Assembly: GCA_013152375.1 (NCBI GenBank)
Contig: JAADGM010000110.1
Coordinates: 1 to 57,201 of the forward strand
Length of the DNA stretch: 57,201 bases
Reading direction: 5' to 3'
Source: FCB group bacterium
GTDB lineage: Bacteria; Fidelibacterota; Marinisomatia; SCGC-AAA003-L08; JACNLC01
Numbering within the stretch: the stretch's first letter is position 1; every line of letters begins with the position of its first letter. Shown here piece after piece: positions 37,534 through 46,861 of this stretch. The position numbers were made by a program, and so were the translations under genes. Below the pieces are notes generated by a model. The model was not told where the DNA came from and did not search any database. It was given only the letters and a program-made list of their open reading frames with translations.

Positions 37534-38352
37534 TCAAAGCCGGTAATGATTCTTCAGCAGCGTGAGGAATAATTTATCCGGAAGCAATCTCCGAAGTTTT
37601 ATTGATATTTTTTGGTCCGTCTTCCCCACCATATACCGCAGCCGCGGATTTTTCTGTCCGATAATTTTGTCAATCAGGCGGGCAAATATCAGGGGATCCG
37701 CTCCCTTCCCCTCATCCTTTCTGATCACTTCTAACGCTGACTGGAAGGATTTACTTTCTTCGAGTTCTTTTTCGGAATAGTCCCGGTTTGCCGTAAAACC
37801 GGTCTTGAAATCACCCGGTTCGATGAGCACGACCCGGATGTTTTCCGATGCACACTCCTGATAGAGTGCTTCTGAAAACCCTTCTACAGCAAATTTTGAA
37901 GCACTGTAGATCGCCTGGTACGGGAGTCCGGCCAATCCCCCCAGAGAGCTTATATTAATGATTAAACCTTCCTGTTGCTTCTGCATCACCGGAATTACGG
38001 TCTGACAGATATTCAGAACTCCGAAAAAATTGGTTTCCATTTGGTGATGAGCAGCATCGGTGTCAGTCTTTTCGATCGACCCGGCAATACCGATGCCGGC
38101 GTTATTGACGACAACGTCGAGTCTCCCCGCTTCTGAGATAATTTTTTCCAGGACCTCCCGGCAATCTCCCCGGCTGGTTACATCCGCTTTAAGGAGTTCG
38201 AATCGACGTGAGTTGTGTTGTTCAAAATATTTATTGGGGTCCCTGGACGTACCAAAAACCCGGTGACCTTTATCGGCAAGCAGGTTTGCTGCGGCGAGAC
38301 CTAAACCGGAAGTTGCTCCGGTAATGAGGATCGTTTTTTCTCCGGTTTTCAT
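37534..38352 (-). CDS. Short-chain dehydrogenase/reductase (SDR)
   Basis: 'ITGATSGLGLA' NAD(P)-binding motif, 'NNAG', and catalytic 'YSASK'. Confidence 0.9.
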   Translation of the reverse strand: MKTGEKTILITGATSGLGLAAANLLADKGHRVFGTSRDPNKYFEQHNSRRFELLKADVTSRGDCREVLEKIISEAGRLDVVVNNAGIGIAGSIEKTDTDAAHHQMETNFFGVLNICQTVIPVMQKQQEGLIINISSLGGLAGLPYQAIYSASKFAVEGFSEALYQECASENIRVVLIEPGDFKTGFTANRDYSEKELEESKSFQSALEVIRKDEGKGADPLIFARLIDKIIGQKNPRLRYMVGKTDQKISIKLRRLLPDKLFLTLLKNHYRL

Positions 38353-38355
38353 GGG

Positions 38356-39624
38356 TTAACGGATCACATGATATTTTTTACCGGCTTTGATAATCGCAGA
38401 AAGACAGAAATCAAGTTGTTCCCGTGTGTGGGTGGCCATATAGCTGGTCCGCAGCATCGACCTGCCTTCGGGGACTGCGGGAGATATGATGGGATTTGTA
38501 TAGACGCCTCTGTTCATCAGATCTTTCCACACACGGAAAGTTTTCATATCGCTGCCGATGATAATCGGGATGACCGGTGTCTTGCTGCTGCCTGTATCGA
38601 AGCCTTCCGAAACCAGGTTCTCTCGTATATAATTTGCGTTTTCCAGGGCCCTTTTCCCCCTGTCCGGCTCACGCTGCAGGATCTCGAAAGCTTTTGTCAC
38701 CGTTGCCGTATTGACCGGAGGCAGCGCCGCTGTGAAGATCATGGTGCGCACATGATGTTTGAAATAATCGATGACGGCTTCCTCAGCAGCGATAAATCCC
38801 CCTATACTGCCAAGGGACTTACTGAAAGTCCCCATGATCAGGTCCACTTCGTTGTTAAGACCGAAATGTCCGCAAATCCCTTCTCCATGGCTGCCGAAAA
38901 TACCCAGCGAATGGGCCTCATCTATCATGATCCTGCTGTTATGTTTGTGGGCCGCTTTAACCAGATCAGGCAGATTGACAATATCTCCCTCCATGCTGAA
39001 AACACCATCGGACACGATCAGTTTTCCATGCCTATGGGGATATTTTCCCAGCTCATAATCGAGTTCAATCATATCATTATGAGCATATTTGACAACCTCA
39101 CAGCGCGAAAACCTGGCGCCGTCAACAATTGAAGCATGGTTCAGCTCGTCGCTGAACAGAAGATCCGTTTTGCCTAAAGTTGAAGCGATAACCCCAAGAT
39201 TGACACCATAACCGGTTGAAAACACCAATGCTTTCTCTTTTCCAACCAGTTCAGCAATTTTATTCTCGAGTTCATCATGCAGGCGTAAATTCCCGTTAAG
39301 CAATCTGCTGCCGGTAACTCCCGAACCATACTTTCTCAGTGCGGAGACACCGGCCTCGATCACTTCGGGATGGTTGGTAAGTCCAAGGTAATTGTTTGAC
39401 CCCAACATGACGATCTTTTTACCTGAGATAGTGATCTCAGTAGCACCAAAATCATCTATCTCCGGATAGTAAGGATAGTATCCCAGCGCTTTTGCTGTTT
39501 TTGCCCGGGTGAAAGCATACATTTTCGTAAAGATGTCCTCGGAATTATACCACTGCTGGCGCATGGAGAACATTTTTTGTTTGGTGAGGGTTTTAAACGT
39601 GGTCAAAGATGATATTCCGGACAT
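38356..39624 (-). CDS. Alpha-oxoamine synthase, serine-palmitoyltransferase-like (PLP-dependent)
   Basis: 'NNYLGL', 'TGSRLLNG', 'DEAHSLG', and PLP-lysine block 'GTFSKSLGSIGGF' (the SKS form I associate with SPT rather than BioF/KBL). 3-nt gap to the SDR gene. Confidence 0.65.
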   Translation of the reverse strand: MSGISSLTTFKTLTKQKMFSMRQQWYNSEDIFTKMYAFTRAKTAKALGYYPYYPEIDDFGATEITISGKKIVMLGSNNYLGLTNHPEVIEAGVSALRKYGSGVTGSRLLNGNLRLHDELENKIAELVGKEKALVFSTGYGVNLGVIASTLGKTDLLFSDELNHASIVDGARFSRCEVVKYAHNDMIELDYELGKYPHRHGKLIVSDGVFSMEGDIVNLPDLVKAAHKHNSRIMIDEAHSLGIFGSHGEGICGHFGLNNEVDLIMGTFSKSLGSIGGFIAAEEAVIDYFKHHVRTMIFTAALPPVNTATVTKAFEILQREPDRGKRALENANYIRENLVSEGFDTGSSKTPVIPIIIGSDMKTFRVWKDLMNRGVYTNPIISPAVPEGRSMLRTSYMATHTREQLDFCLSAIIKAGKKYHVIR

Positions 39625-39664
39625 AATCCATCTCCTTTATTTTCTATACTGGTCGCGAATCCTT

Positions 39665-39674
39665 ATGAATTCAT
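39665..39674. promoter_or_regulatory. Perfect 10-bp palindrome ATGAATTCAT about 40 nt upstream of the SPT-like start; candidate operator
   Basis: Read directly. It lies in the 356-nt spacer between the TetR gene and the SPT-like gene. The function is inferred only. Confidence 0.25.
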
Positions 39675-39980
39675 TACATACTTCAGCGCAAGAATGAGTT
39701 TATGGTTCCCGGTTTCAAACTCGTTTAGATCAAAGTGTCTTCCTTACTAAAATTTTAAATTCGATATGTATGACTTAACAGGACAATCACTGTTCCTGTA
39801 TTTCTGTTTAATCCGTCCATGTCCGGCAAATGCAGAACTATGCCGGGCGAGACGATTTGGTTAATTCCCCACCGCTTGCAGTGGAGTAATTCATTCGAAC
39901 GTTCCTGCGAATCTGACTCTGTTACCTTATTACCGATTTGTTCTGACCATATTTCAAATATATTCGAATAATCAGGTTCA

Positions 39981-40562
39981 TTATTTTTTATAACGAATCC
40001 CGTTAAAAAGTAAATTCAGCATATTCTCCACAATTGAATCTCCCCTGGGGAAATTCTTCCGCAGGACTAATATCGGTTCCATTCCCTTAATGGCCATGAT
40101 AATGGAATCACAGGTTTTCTGCATATTTTCAATTTTGAATATGCCTTTGATACAGCCTTCGGTCAGTATATGATGGATTGTATTTTCTTCAAACAATTTA
40201 AATTTCTCTCGTTCGTATCGCACGAAAGAATATTTATCCAGGAATTCATCTGTCAGTGTTGAATAATAATTACTTAATCGTTGCAGCGCCGTCATTCTGG
40301 CATTAATATAGGCCGATAATTTGTCAGTTGGCGAAGTTACCTCTGATATATCTGCCCAAACTTTTTGGCGTAACATTCTGGAATCACGTTCGATAACAGC
40401 CTGGTAGATATCCTCTTTATTTTGAAAATAATAGTAGAGCGAAGACTTGGCCATTTTTGCTTTCCCGGCGATACCCTCCATGGTGGTTTTCTGCCAGCCG
40501 AAACGGGAGATGAAGTTGCCCGCTATTTCAACAATACGTTTTCTTTTTTCGTCACGGTCCAT
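39981..40562 (-). CDS. TetR/AcrR-family transcriptional regulator
   Basis: N-terminal HTH 'TTMEGIAGKAKMAKSSLYYYFQNKEDIY'; 193 aa. Confidence 0.85.
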   Translation of the reverse strand: MDRDEKRKRIVEIAGNFISRFGWQKTTMEGIAGKAKMAKSSLYYYFQNKEDIYQAVIERDSRMLRQKVWADISEVTSPTDKLSAYINARMTALQRLSNYYSTLTDEFLDKYSFVRYEREKFKLFEENTIHHILTEGCIKGIFKIENMQKTCDSIIMAIKGMEPILVLRKNFPRGDSIVENMLNLLFNGIRYKK

Positions 40563-40675
40563 ATAGTATTCTATCGAATAAAATATAAATACGGTCGAAA
40601 TTTAGAAAAGTTTCAACAGTTAATGAAAGTGAAATATCTGTTACCGGTTGATCAGACGGCAGGCATCTTTGCCGT

Positions 40676-40945
40676 TCATATGGCCAGTTCGAATCCTAAA
40701 ATGTGGACATTCGTGTAAACATTCTTTTCCCATTCGAGTGTAGCCTTGACGGGCTTCGTATCTTCTTCTATCCTGAACCAGACGACATCACCAAGATCCG
40801 GAGGGGAATCTCCAACATAAACCACTGCCAGTCCCTTGTGGCTTTTGTTCAGTGTCTGCACGACAATTTCCGAATCTTCATCAGTAGAGTAAGAAATCAG
40901 ATCATTGACCGGGTATCGTATCCATTTTCTTTTATTCGTGTCCAT
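40676..40945 (-). CDS. Small PilZ-like domain protein
   Basis: 'KRKWIRYPV' resembles the RxxxR switch and 'NKSHKGLAV' resembles D/NxSxxG; 89 aa. The motifs are degenerate. Confidence 0.5.
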   Translation of the reverse strand: MDTNKRKWIRYPVNDLISYSTDEDSEIVVQTLNKSHKGLAVVYVGDSPPDLGDVVWFRIEEDTKPVKATLEWEKNVYTNVHILGFELAI

Positions 40946-41040
40946 GGCCTAAATATACAGAATTTTTATAATTTCCTCATCGTACGCTTGAAGCTTATGG
41001 TTCCTGATTCTGATTCAGTAACCCTGTTGTCGGTGAAAGC

Positions 41041-41694
41041 TCACTCAAATTGTTTTCTGAAATTCTCAAAGGCCACCTTCAAAGTGTCCAGCTCCACTGT
41101 GAGGGTTGCTATCTCATGCTCCAATTGAGTTACCCGGCCAGTGAGCTCACTCTGAGGCTGTACGGGATCAACTACTGCTTCATCACCCGGACTGTCGGAA
41201 ACGGGACCCAGTAAATGGTGATACCGGGCTTCTTTTTGCCCCGGTATTCTCGGCAGCAGCTTAACATAGCCATGCTCTGCTTTGCTGCTAAGCTGCTGCA
41301 TTCTTTCGCCAACCTCTGCAAGATCATCAAAAGCGTACATACGATGGGTGCGGCTGCGCAGTTCTCCCAGTGTTTGGGGCCCCCGCAGCATCAAAACCGT
41401 CAGCAGGGAAAGGTGAGCATCGTTCACCTGTAAATATTCACGGAGCCGGTGTTTAAATTTCGGAACCCGGTTTTCACGTTTATAATACCGTAATACAAGT
41501 TCCTTATCTATAAGGAGGGTTACTGCATCCAAGACCTCTGAGGCTTCGTAGGTTACAACCGGGTCCCGGCTGGTCTTCTGGTTGCACGCATTCACCAGCG
41601 CATTTAAGGTCATGGGGTAGTATTCCGGCGTCGTTAGTTCTTTTTCCGCAAGGGATCCCAAAATCCGTATCTCCATGGGGTTCAATTCTATCAT
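41041..41694 (-). CDS. YceH / DUF480 family protein
   Basis: 'LNPMEIRILGSLAEKELTTPEYYPMTLNALVNACNQKTSRDPV' plus a C-terminal coiled coil. Confidence 0.8.
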   Translation of the reverse strand: MIELNPMEIRILGSLAEKELTTPEYYPMTLNALVNACNQKTSRDPVVTYEASEVLDAVTLLIDKELVLRYYKRENRVPKFKHRLREYLQVNDAHLSLLTVLMLRGPQTLGELRSRTHRMYAFDDLAEVGERMQQLSSKAEHGYVKLLPRIPGQKEARYHHLLGPVSDSPGDEAVVDPVQPQSELTGRVTQLEHEIATLTVELDTLKVAFENFRKQFE

Positions 41695-41973
41695 ATTTCA
41701 TCCTCTCTGACTCAGCTCAAAATGTCTGTCCAAACAGGGGAAAACTTAGCGGATTACGGCAGGTCCGGACAATGAAAATCAGGGAGACAACAACAATTAC
41801 AGGACCTTATTTTCCAATATAAGCCCAATCCGGTCATACTGTATCCATCTGACTGATAATATCTATAAACCATTATCTTAACACTCCGTTACATTAATTG
41901 ATTGCCAACCCCGAAAGCAGATAAAATAACTTTCAATTAAGATATTTCAGTCAATTTAACGAGGAACCCTATC

Positions 41974-44900
41974 ATGAAACTGATCTTTCCACTTTTTCTG
42001 GCATTAACCCTGGCTGCCACAACTCAATCCACTCAGAATAATACCGGTTTCAAACTGCTTAACAGCAACGGTACTTCTGCTACTCTACGCTTTACAACCC
42101 CTGCCATTACGCCGGCAGCGGATGGGAATTATACCCGGCTCACCGGTGCAGACTTGCAGTACACCTACGATGAGGGTCTGCCGGAACTGCCGCAGTTCAC
42201 AACGTTATATCAAATTGACCCTTTTAAAAATTATCAGGTTGATTATACGGTTCTTGCCAGCCATACACTCGAAAACATTCTGATCTATCCCACACAGCCT
42301 CATCAGGACAGCGAGAGGGGACCGACACTTTCAAAGGATGAAAGTTTTTATCAGGCCTCCGCGCCTTTTCCGGAAAACAACCTGATCGTCTCAGACCCAT
42401 TGGTCTTTCGCGGAGAAGCGTTAATAGCTATCAATCTCGTTCCCTGTAGATATTTTCCGGATGAGAAGAGGCTTGAAGTTTTTGACCGGGTTGAGCTATC
42501 CGTTTATGAAACAGGCAGCAGGAGTAATCCGGATTTTATTCAAATGCCGCGCTCACTGACTTTTGAACCGCTCTACGAAAACAGTGTAATCAATTATTCC
42601 GCAAGTGACCGGACCGAAGATTTTCAGACGCCGGCAATATTGTACATCTGCGGCGGTAATTCTGAAAATAATCCCTACACGCAAAGTTTATTTGACTGGC
42701 GGCGTGAACGTGGATACATTGTCTATACGGCCTCGACCAGCGAGACCGGCGGCAGTGCGTCTCAGATAAAAAATTATATTCAAAATGCCTACCAGACCTT
42801 CGATCCGCCCCCGGAGTTCGTGGGCCTTATCGGTGACACCGGCGGTTCCTACAGCATACCAACTTATCATGAGTCATGGTCAGGCTATGGTGGAGAAGGC
42901 GATCTTCCCTATTCCCAACTCAGCGGCAACGATATCCTGCCGGATGTGATCCTCGGCAGGATTTCCATTAACAACTCCACCGACCTTGCCAATGTGATCA
43001 ACAAAACGATTAAATATGAAAAAGCGGTTTATATGGGGGGCAACTGGTTTGAAAAGGCAGCCCTCGTCGGAGATCCCTCAAACTCGGGTATTTCCGTGGT
43101 GATCTCCAATGAGTACATCGATAATATCATCACGAATTTTGGTATGGAAGACGTCCGCCACAACTATTCGGGTTCCTACTCCAGTTGGATGCAGAGTCAG
43201 TTGAACGAAGGCATCCTCTATTTCAATTATCGGGGTTACTACGGTGTCAGCGGGTTCGGCAGCGGAAACATCTCCAATGCGAATAATGGTTACAAGACAC
43301 CCTTTGCCACTTTTCTTACCTGCGGAACCGGGAGCTTTGACGGAACATCGCTCTCAGAGTCGTTCATCCGGGCCGGGACCGTGAGCAACCCGAAAGGCAG
43401 CGTTGCTGCTGTCGGCACGGCTACCCTTGGGACACATACGCTTATCAATAACATCATTGATATGGGAATTTACGACGGCATTTTTTCTGACGATCTGCAT
43501 ACAGCCGGCGCCGCCCTGGTGGCCGGGAAACTGGCGCTCTTCAATACCTATCCTTCCGACCCCGATCATAAGGTGAGTATATTCTCCCACTGGAATAATT
43601 TAATGGGAGACCCGGCGCTCGAATTGTGGACCGATACGCCTGCGCTATTTTCTCCCGACTACCCTCAGTCCATCGGAGCCGGCAGTAATTATTTCGACGT
43701 GGTCGCTGCAGATGATTCCGGCCTGCCGGTGGCAGATGCTTTGGTGACGGTAACCACCGATGATGAGACAATTTTTGAAAATATTTTTACGGATGATTCC
43801 GGTTTGGCCACCCTGCCGGTGGATCCCGCCTATACCGGCCATTTGAATCTGTGCATTACAAAACGGAATTACAAACCTTTCCTCACTGATATTTCCGTTG
43901 CCGAATCCGGCCCTCAGATCAACCTGGCAAATGAAAATTTCGGATTAGATGACAGCAATGGGAACGGAGACGGTATCGTCAATAATGGTGAACAGATCAC
44001 ACTCACGATCCCGGTATTCAATTTCGGTACCGAAGATGCGTCCGGCGTCACCGGGACTTTGACCACCTCATCCGGGCACGTCCTGGTAGATGAGGCCGTT
44101 CATGACTTTGGGACTTTGCCTGTTGGTCAGACTGCCGAGGGCAGCTTCGTATTCACCGTTGGACCGGATGTAGTTCAGGCTGAAGACCTCGGTTTAAGAC
44201 TTGAGCTGTCGGATGATTCCGGCCACGCCTGGTCCTCCCTCATCCCCTTAACGGTCAGTGCGCCGCTCCTCATCGTCACCGATTATGGTTATACGGGCAA
44301 CACAATGCTTTACCCCGGGGCCACCGAAGAGCTGTATATCACATTGGAAAACCAGGGTTCCGTGACTGCAACTGCCGTTACAGCAGCGCTTTCTTCGGCA
44401 AGCAATTTGCTTGATATTTCCCCCACTTTGCTGACCTGGGACACACTGCTGCCGGGAGCGTCGATACAATCCGCCAATGCAATCGATATCACTGCGGATG
44501 GTGACATCATTAACGGCACACTTATCACGCTGACGGCGGATATCCAGAGTTTTGAAGGATATAACCGTACGGAAAATCCGCAGATTCAAGTTGGAACGAC
44601 GTTGGTAACGGATCCGTTGGGACCAGACGCCCACGGTTACTATATTTATGATTCCGGAGACAGCGCCTATGATCTGAGCCATCCCTATGCCTGGCAGGAA
44701 ATCGACCCCGATCTCGGTGGCAGCGGCGGGAGCTTAAATATGACGGACAACGGAAACGGCCATCCGACGAACCAGCATTCAGTGACAATCTCCCTGCCGT
44801 TTCAATTCACTTTTTACGGTGTTGATTATACCACGATATCAGTCAGTACGAACGGCTGGATTGCTTTCGGGGAATCAGATCTGGAATCTTTCCGGAATTA

Positions 44901-46467
44901 CCCCATTCCCGGCGCCGGCGGTCCATCACCTATGGTGGCTGCTTTCTGGGATGACCTCACCACTGAAAACGGTGGCCAGGTCTATAAATATATCAATGCC
45001 AGCGAAGGAACAGTGATCATTGAATGGTCTCAAATGAGCACCTACGATCAGGGCAGCCTTGAGACTTTTCAGATCATCCTCTATGATTCCTTTACTCCCA
45101 GTGGCGATGATGAAATTCTGATCCAGTATAAAGATTTTAACAACACTTCAGTTGGGGATATTCAGAACGGAGGCATCCACCATGGTTCACACAGCACCAT
45201 CGGCATCGAGAACCATCTGGGAAATGACGGTCTTCAATATACCTACGATAATCATTATCCTGCGGCTGCCATGGTACTTCAGGATGAAAGCACACTCTTC
45301 ATTACTACCCGGATGCCGGAGATCCTTCCCATGCCGGTCCTGGATTATTCTGCTGATGACCTGAATTTTACGCTTGAACAGGATGCCGCTTCGGGCGCAA
45401 CCATCGAGGTCTCAAATGCCGGGGAAGACGGCTCTCTGCTCTACTACAATGTGTCAAAATCAGCCTTCCCCGTGCCCTCCGGTGTAACGGATGCGTTCGG
45501 ACACAGCTGGTCTGATACTGATCTTGATACGGAGATGCCCGTGGAATGGATCGATATTGACGGCATCGGGACGCAGCTAACCTTTGAACATAACGATCAT
45601 GCGGCTGACCCCATCGACATAGGGTTCGCATTCCCGTTTTACGGAACCGATTATACGCAGTGCATCGTCAGCGCCAACGGCTGGATCGGCTTCGGGGAAG
45701 ACAATACCGACTGGCATAACTACGGTTTACCAAGTCCGGATTCACCCCATCCGGCAATTTGCCCGTTTTATGACGATTTAAATCCCGTCAATGACGGAGA
45801 CACTCATGACATGGCCGGCAATGTTTATTATCACACCGACGGAGAACGTCTGGTTGTCTGGTTCGATCACGTAGCACACTGGAATGGTGAAATTTCAGGA
45901 AATTATAATTTCCAGGCCGTACTATACGCCTCCGGTGAGATCCAATTTAATTATGCTGAACTAACCGGCACTCTCAATCGCTGTACAGTGGGCATCCAGA
46001 ATGCCGCTGCCGATGACGGTTTGCAGCTGGCCTTTGACAGCGAATATCTGCACGAAAATTTATCGGTCAAATTCAGAGAAACGCCGTCATGGCTCAGCCT
46101 GTCAACCTCCAACGGGGATCTGAATGGCGCAATTGAACAGGGCAATTCGGAGTTTATTTATGTGGATGTCTCCTCTGCGGGTCTGTCTCTCGGTGATTAT
46201 GCTGCCTATGTAACTCTCAACACGAATGCCCAGCCCAAAGTGGTTTGGCCCGTGACCCTGTCCGTAGTGGAAAATTCTCCCAATCTCCCTGGCGATGTGA
46301 ATGGAGACCAGACCCTTAATATTCTGGATGTGGTGGCGGTTGTGGGATTCGTAGTTGGAGAAACCGATCCTACCGATGAGCAGTTCTGGGCTGCGGACCT
46401 GAATCAGGACGGTGAAATAAATGTGGTGGATATCGTCCTTCTGGTCAATATGATCCTTAACAACTAG
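41974..46467 (+). CDS. Large secreted peptidase-C25 (gingipain) family protein with two NIDO-like repeats and a C-terminal dockerin
   Basis: Signal peptide, a C25 propeptide-like N-terminus, a caspase-fold core ('LGRISINNSTDL', 'FLTCGTGSF'), Ig-like spacers, two 'F.F.FYG.DYT...VS.NGWI.FGE' modules, and the dockerin 'DVNGDQTLNILDVV...DLNQDGEINVVD'. Confidence 0.75.
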   Translation: MKLIFPLFLALTLAATTQSTQNNTGFKLLNSNGTSATLRFTTPAITPAADGNYTRLTGADLQYTYDEGLPELPQFTTLYQIDPFKNYQVDYTVLASHTLENILIYPTQPHQDSERGPTLSKDESFYQASAPFPENNLIVSDPLVFRGEALIAINLVPCRYFPDEKRLEVFDRVELSVYETGSRSNPDFIQMPRSLTFEPLYENSVINYSASDRTEDFQTPAILYICGGNSENNPYTQSLFDWRRERGYIVYTASTSETGGSASQIKNYIQNAYQTFDPPPEFVGLIGDTGGSYSIPTYHESWSGYGGEGDLPYSQLSGNDILPDVILGRISINNSTDLANVINKTIKYEKAVYMGGNWFEKAALVGDPSNSGISVVISNEYIDNIITNFGMEDVRHNYSGSYSSWMQSQLNEGILYFNYRGYYGVSGFGSGNISNANNGYKTPFATFLTCGTGSFDGTSLSESFIRAGTVSNPKGSVAAVGTATLGTHTLINNIIDMGIYDGIFSDDLHTAGAALVAGKLALFNTYPSDPDHKVSIFSHWNNLMGDPALELWTDTPALFSPDYPQSIGAGSNYFDVVAADDSGLPVADALVTVTTDDETIFENIFTDDSGLATLPVDPAYTGHLNLCITKRNYKPFLTDISVAESGPQINLANENFGLDDSNGNGDGIVNNGEQITLTIPVFNFGTEDASGVTGTLTTSSGHVLVDEAVHDFGTLPVGQTAEGSFVFTVGPDVVQAEDLGLRLELSDDSGHAWSSLIPLTVSAPLLIVTDYGYTGNTMLYPGATEELYITLENQGSVTATAVTAALSSASNLLDISPTLLTWDTLLPGASIQSANAIDITADGDIINGTLITLTADIQSFEGYNRTENPQIQVGTTLVTDPLGPDAHGYYIYDSGDSAYDLSHPYAWQEIDPDLGGSGGSLNMTDNGNGHPTNQHSVTISLPFQFTFYGVDYTTISVSTNGWIAFGESDLESFRNYPIPGAGGPSPMVAAFWDDLTTENGGQVYKYINASEGTVIIEWSQMSTYDQGSLETFQIILYDSFTPSGDDEILIQYKDFNNTSVGDIQNGGIHHGSHSTIGIENHLGNDGLQYTYDNHYPAAAMVLQDESTLFITTRMPEILPMPVLDYSADDLNFTLEQDAASGATIEVSNAGEDGSLLYYNVSKSAFPVPSGVTDAFGHSWSDTDLDTEMPVEWIDIDGIGTQLTFEHNDHAADPIDIGFAFPFYGTDYTQCIVSANGWIGFGEDNTDWHNYGLPSPDSPHPAICPFYDDLNPVNDGDTHDMAGNVYYHTDGERLVVWFDHVAHWNGEISGNYNFQAVLYASGEIQFNYAELTGTLNRCTVGIQNAAADDGLQLAFDSEYLHENLSVKFRETPSWLSLSTSNGDLNGAIEQGNSEFIYVDVSSAGLSLGDYAAYVTLNTNAQPKVVWPVTLSVVENSPNLPGDVNGDQTLNILDVVAVVGFVVGETDPTDEQFWAADLNQDGEINVVDIVLLVNMILNN

Positions 46468-46471
46468 TAAA

Positions 46472-46861
46472 ATGAAGATGAACAGCCCTCAAAATGAGAT
46501 GTTATGGGCACAGGCCGGGATCTCCAACAGCGAAGCTCTCGAAATTAAGACGGTACGCGCCATGCTGGGGATCTTCTGCCGGGCACATCATCACCCGGAT
46601 CAGGAACTTTGTCCGGCCTGTTCCGAAATCTATAAGTATGCTGTCGACAGGATTTTAAGCTGCCCTGTCAGGGCCACAAAGCCGCCCTGCGAAATGTGTA
46701 AAATTCACTGCTACAAACCCGACTTGCGGAACTCCGTTAAAAGCGTCATGCGCTATTCAGGTCCCCGGATGATCTATCGCCATCCCCTGCTGGCCGCGCG
46801 TCATCTGATTGCGAAGTATCGATTTATAAAGCTTGACTCGAAAGCCTGTCAATCGGAATAA
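46472..46861 (+). CDS. Nitrous-oxide-stimulated-promoter (YgbA) family Cys-rich protein
   Basis: 'FCRAHHH...LCPAC...CP...KPPCEMCKIHCYKP...VMRYSGPRMIYRHP' matches the YgbA pattern as I recall it. Confidence 0.75.
   Translation: MKMNSPQNEMLWAQAGISNSEALEIKTVRAMLGIFCRAHHHPDQELCPACSEIYKYAVDRILSCPVRATKPPCEMCKIHCYKPDLRNSVKSVMRYSGPRMIYRHPLLAARHLIAKYRFIKLDSKACQSE

Noticed and set aside
38368-39132. 254-aa ORF antisense to the SPT-like gene
   Set aside because: Shadow ORF of a strongly supported PLP enzyme. No motifs, and the composition is unnatural.
41974-46467. Dockerin as evidence of a cellulosome
   Set aside because: There is no cohesin, scaffoldin or cellulase in the window, and the cargo is a protease-fold protein. 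I treat the tail as a generic Ca-binding or sorting module instead.
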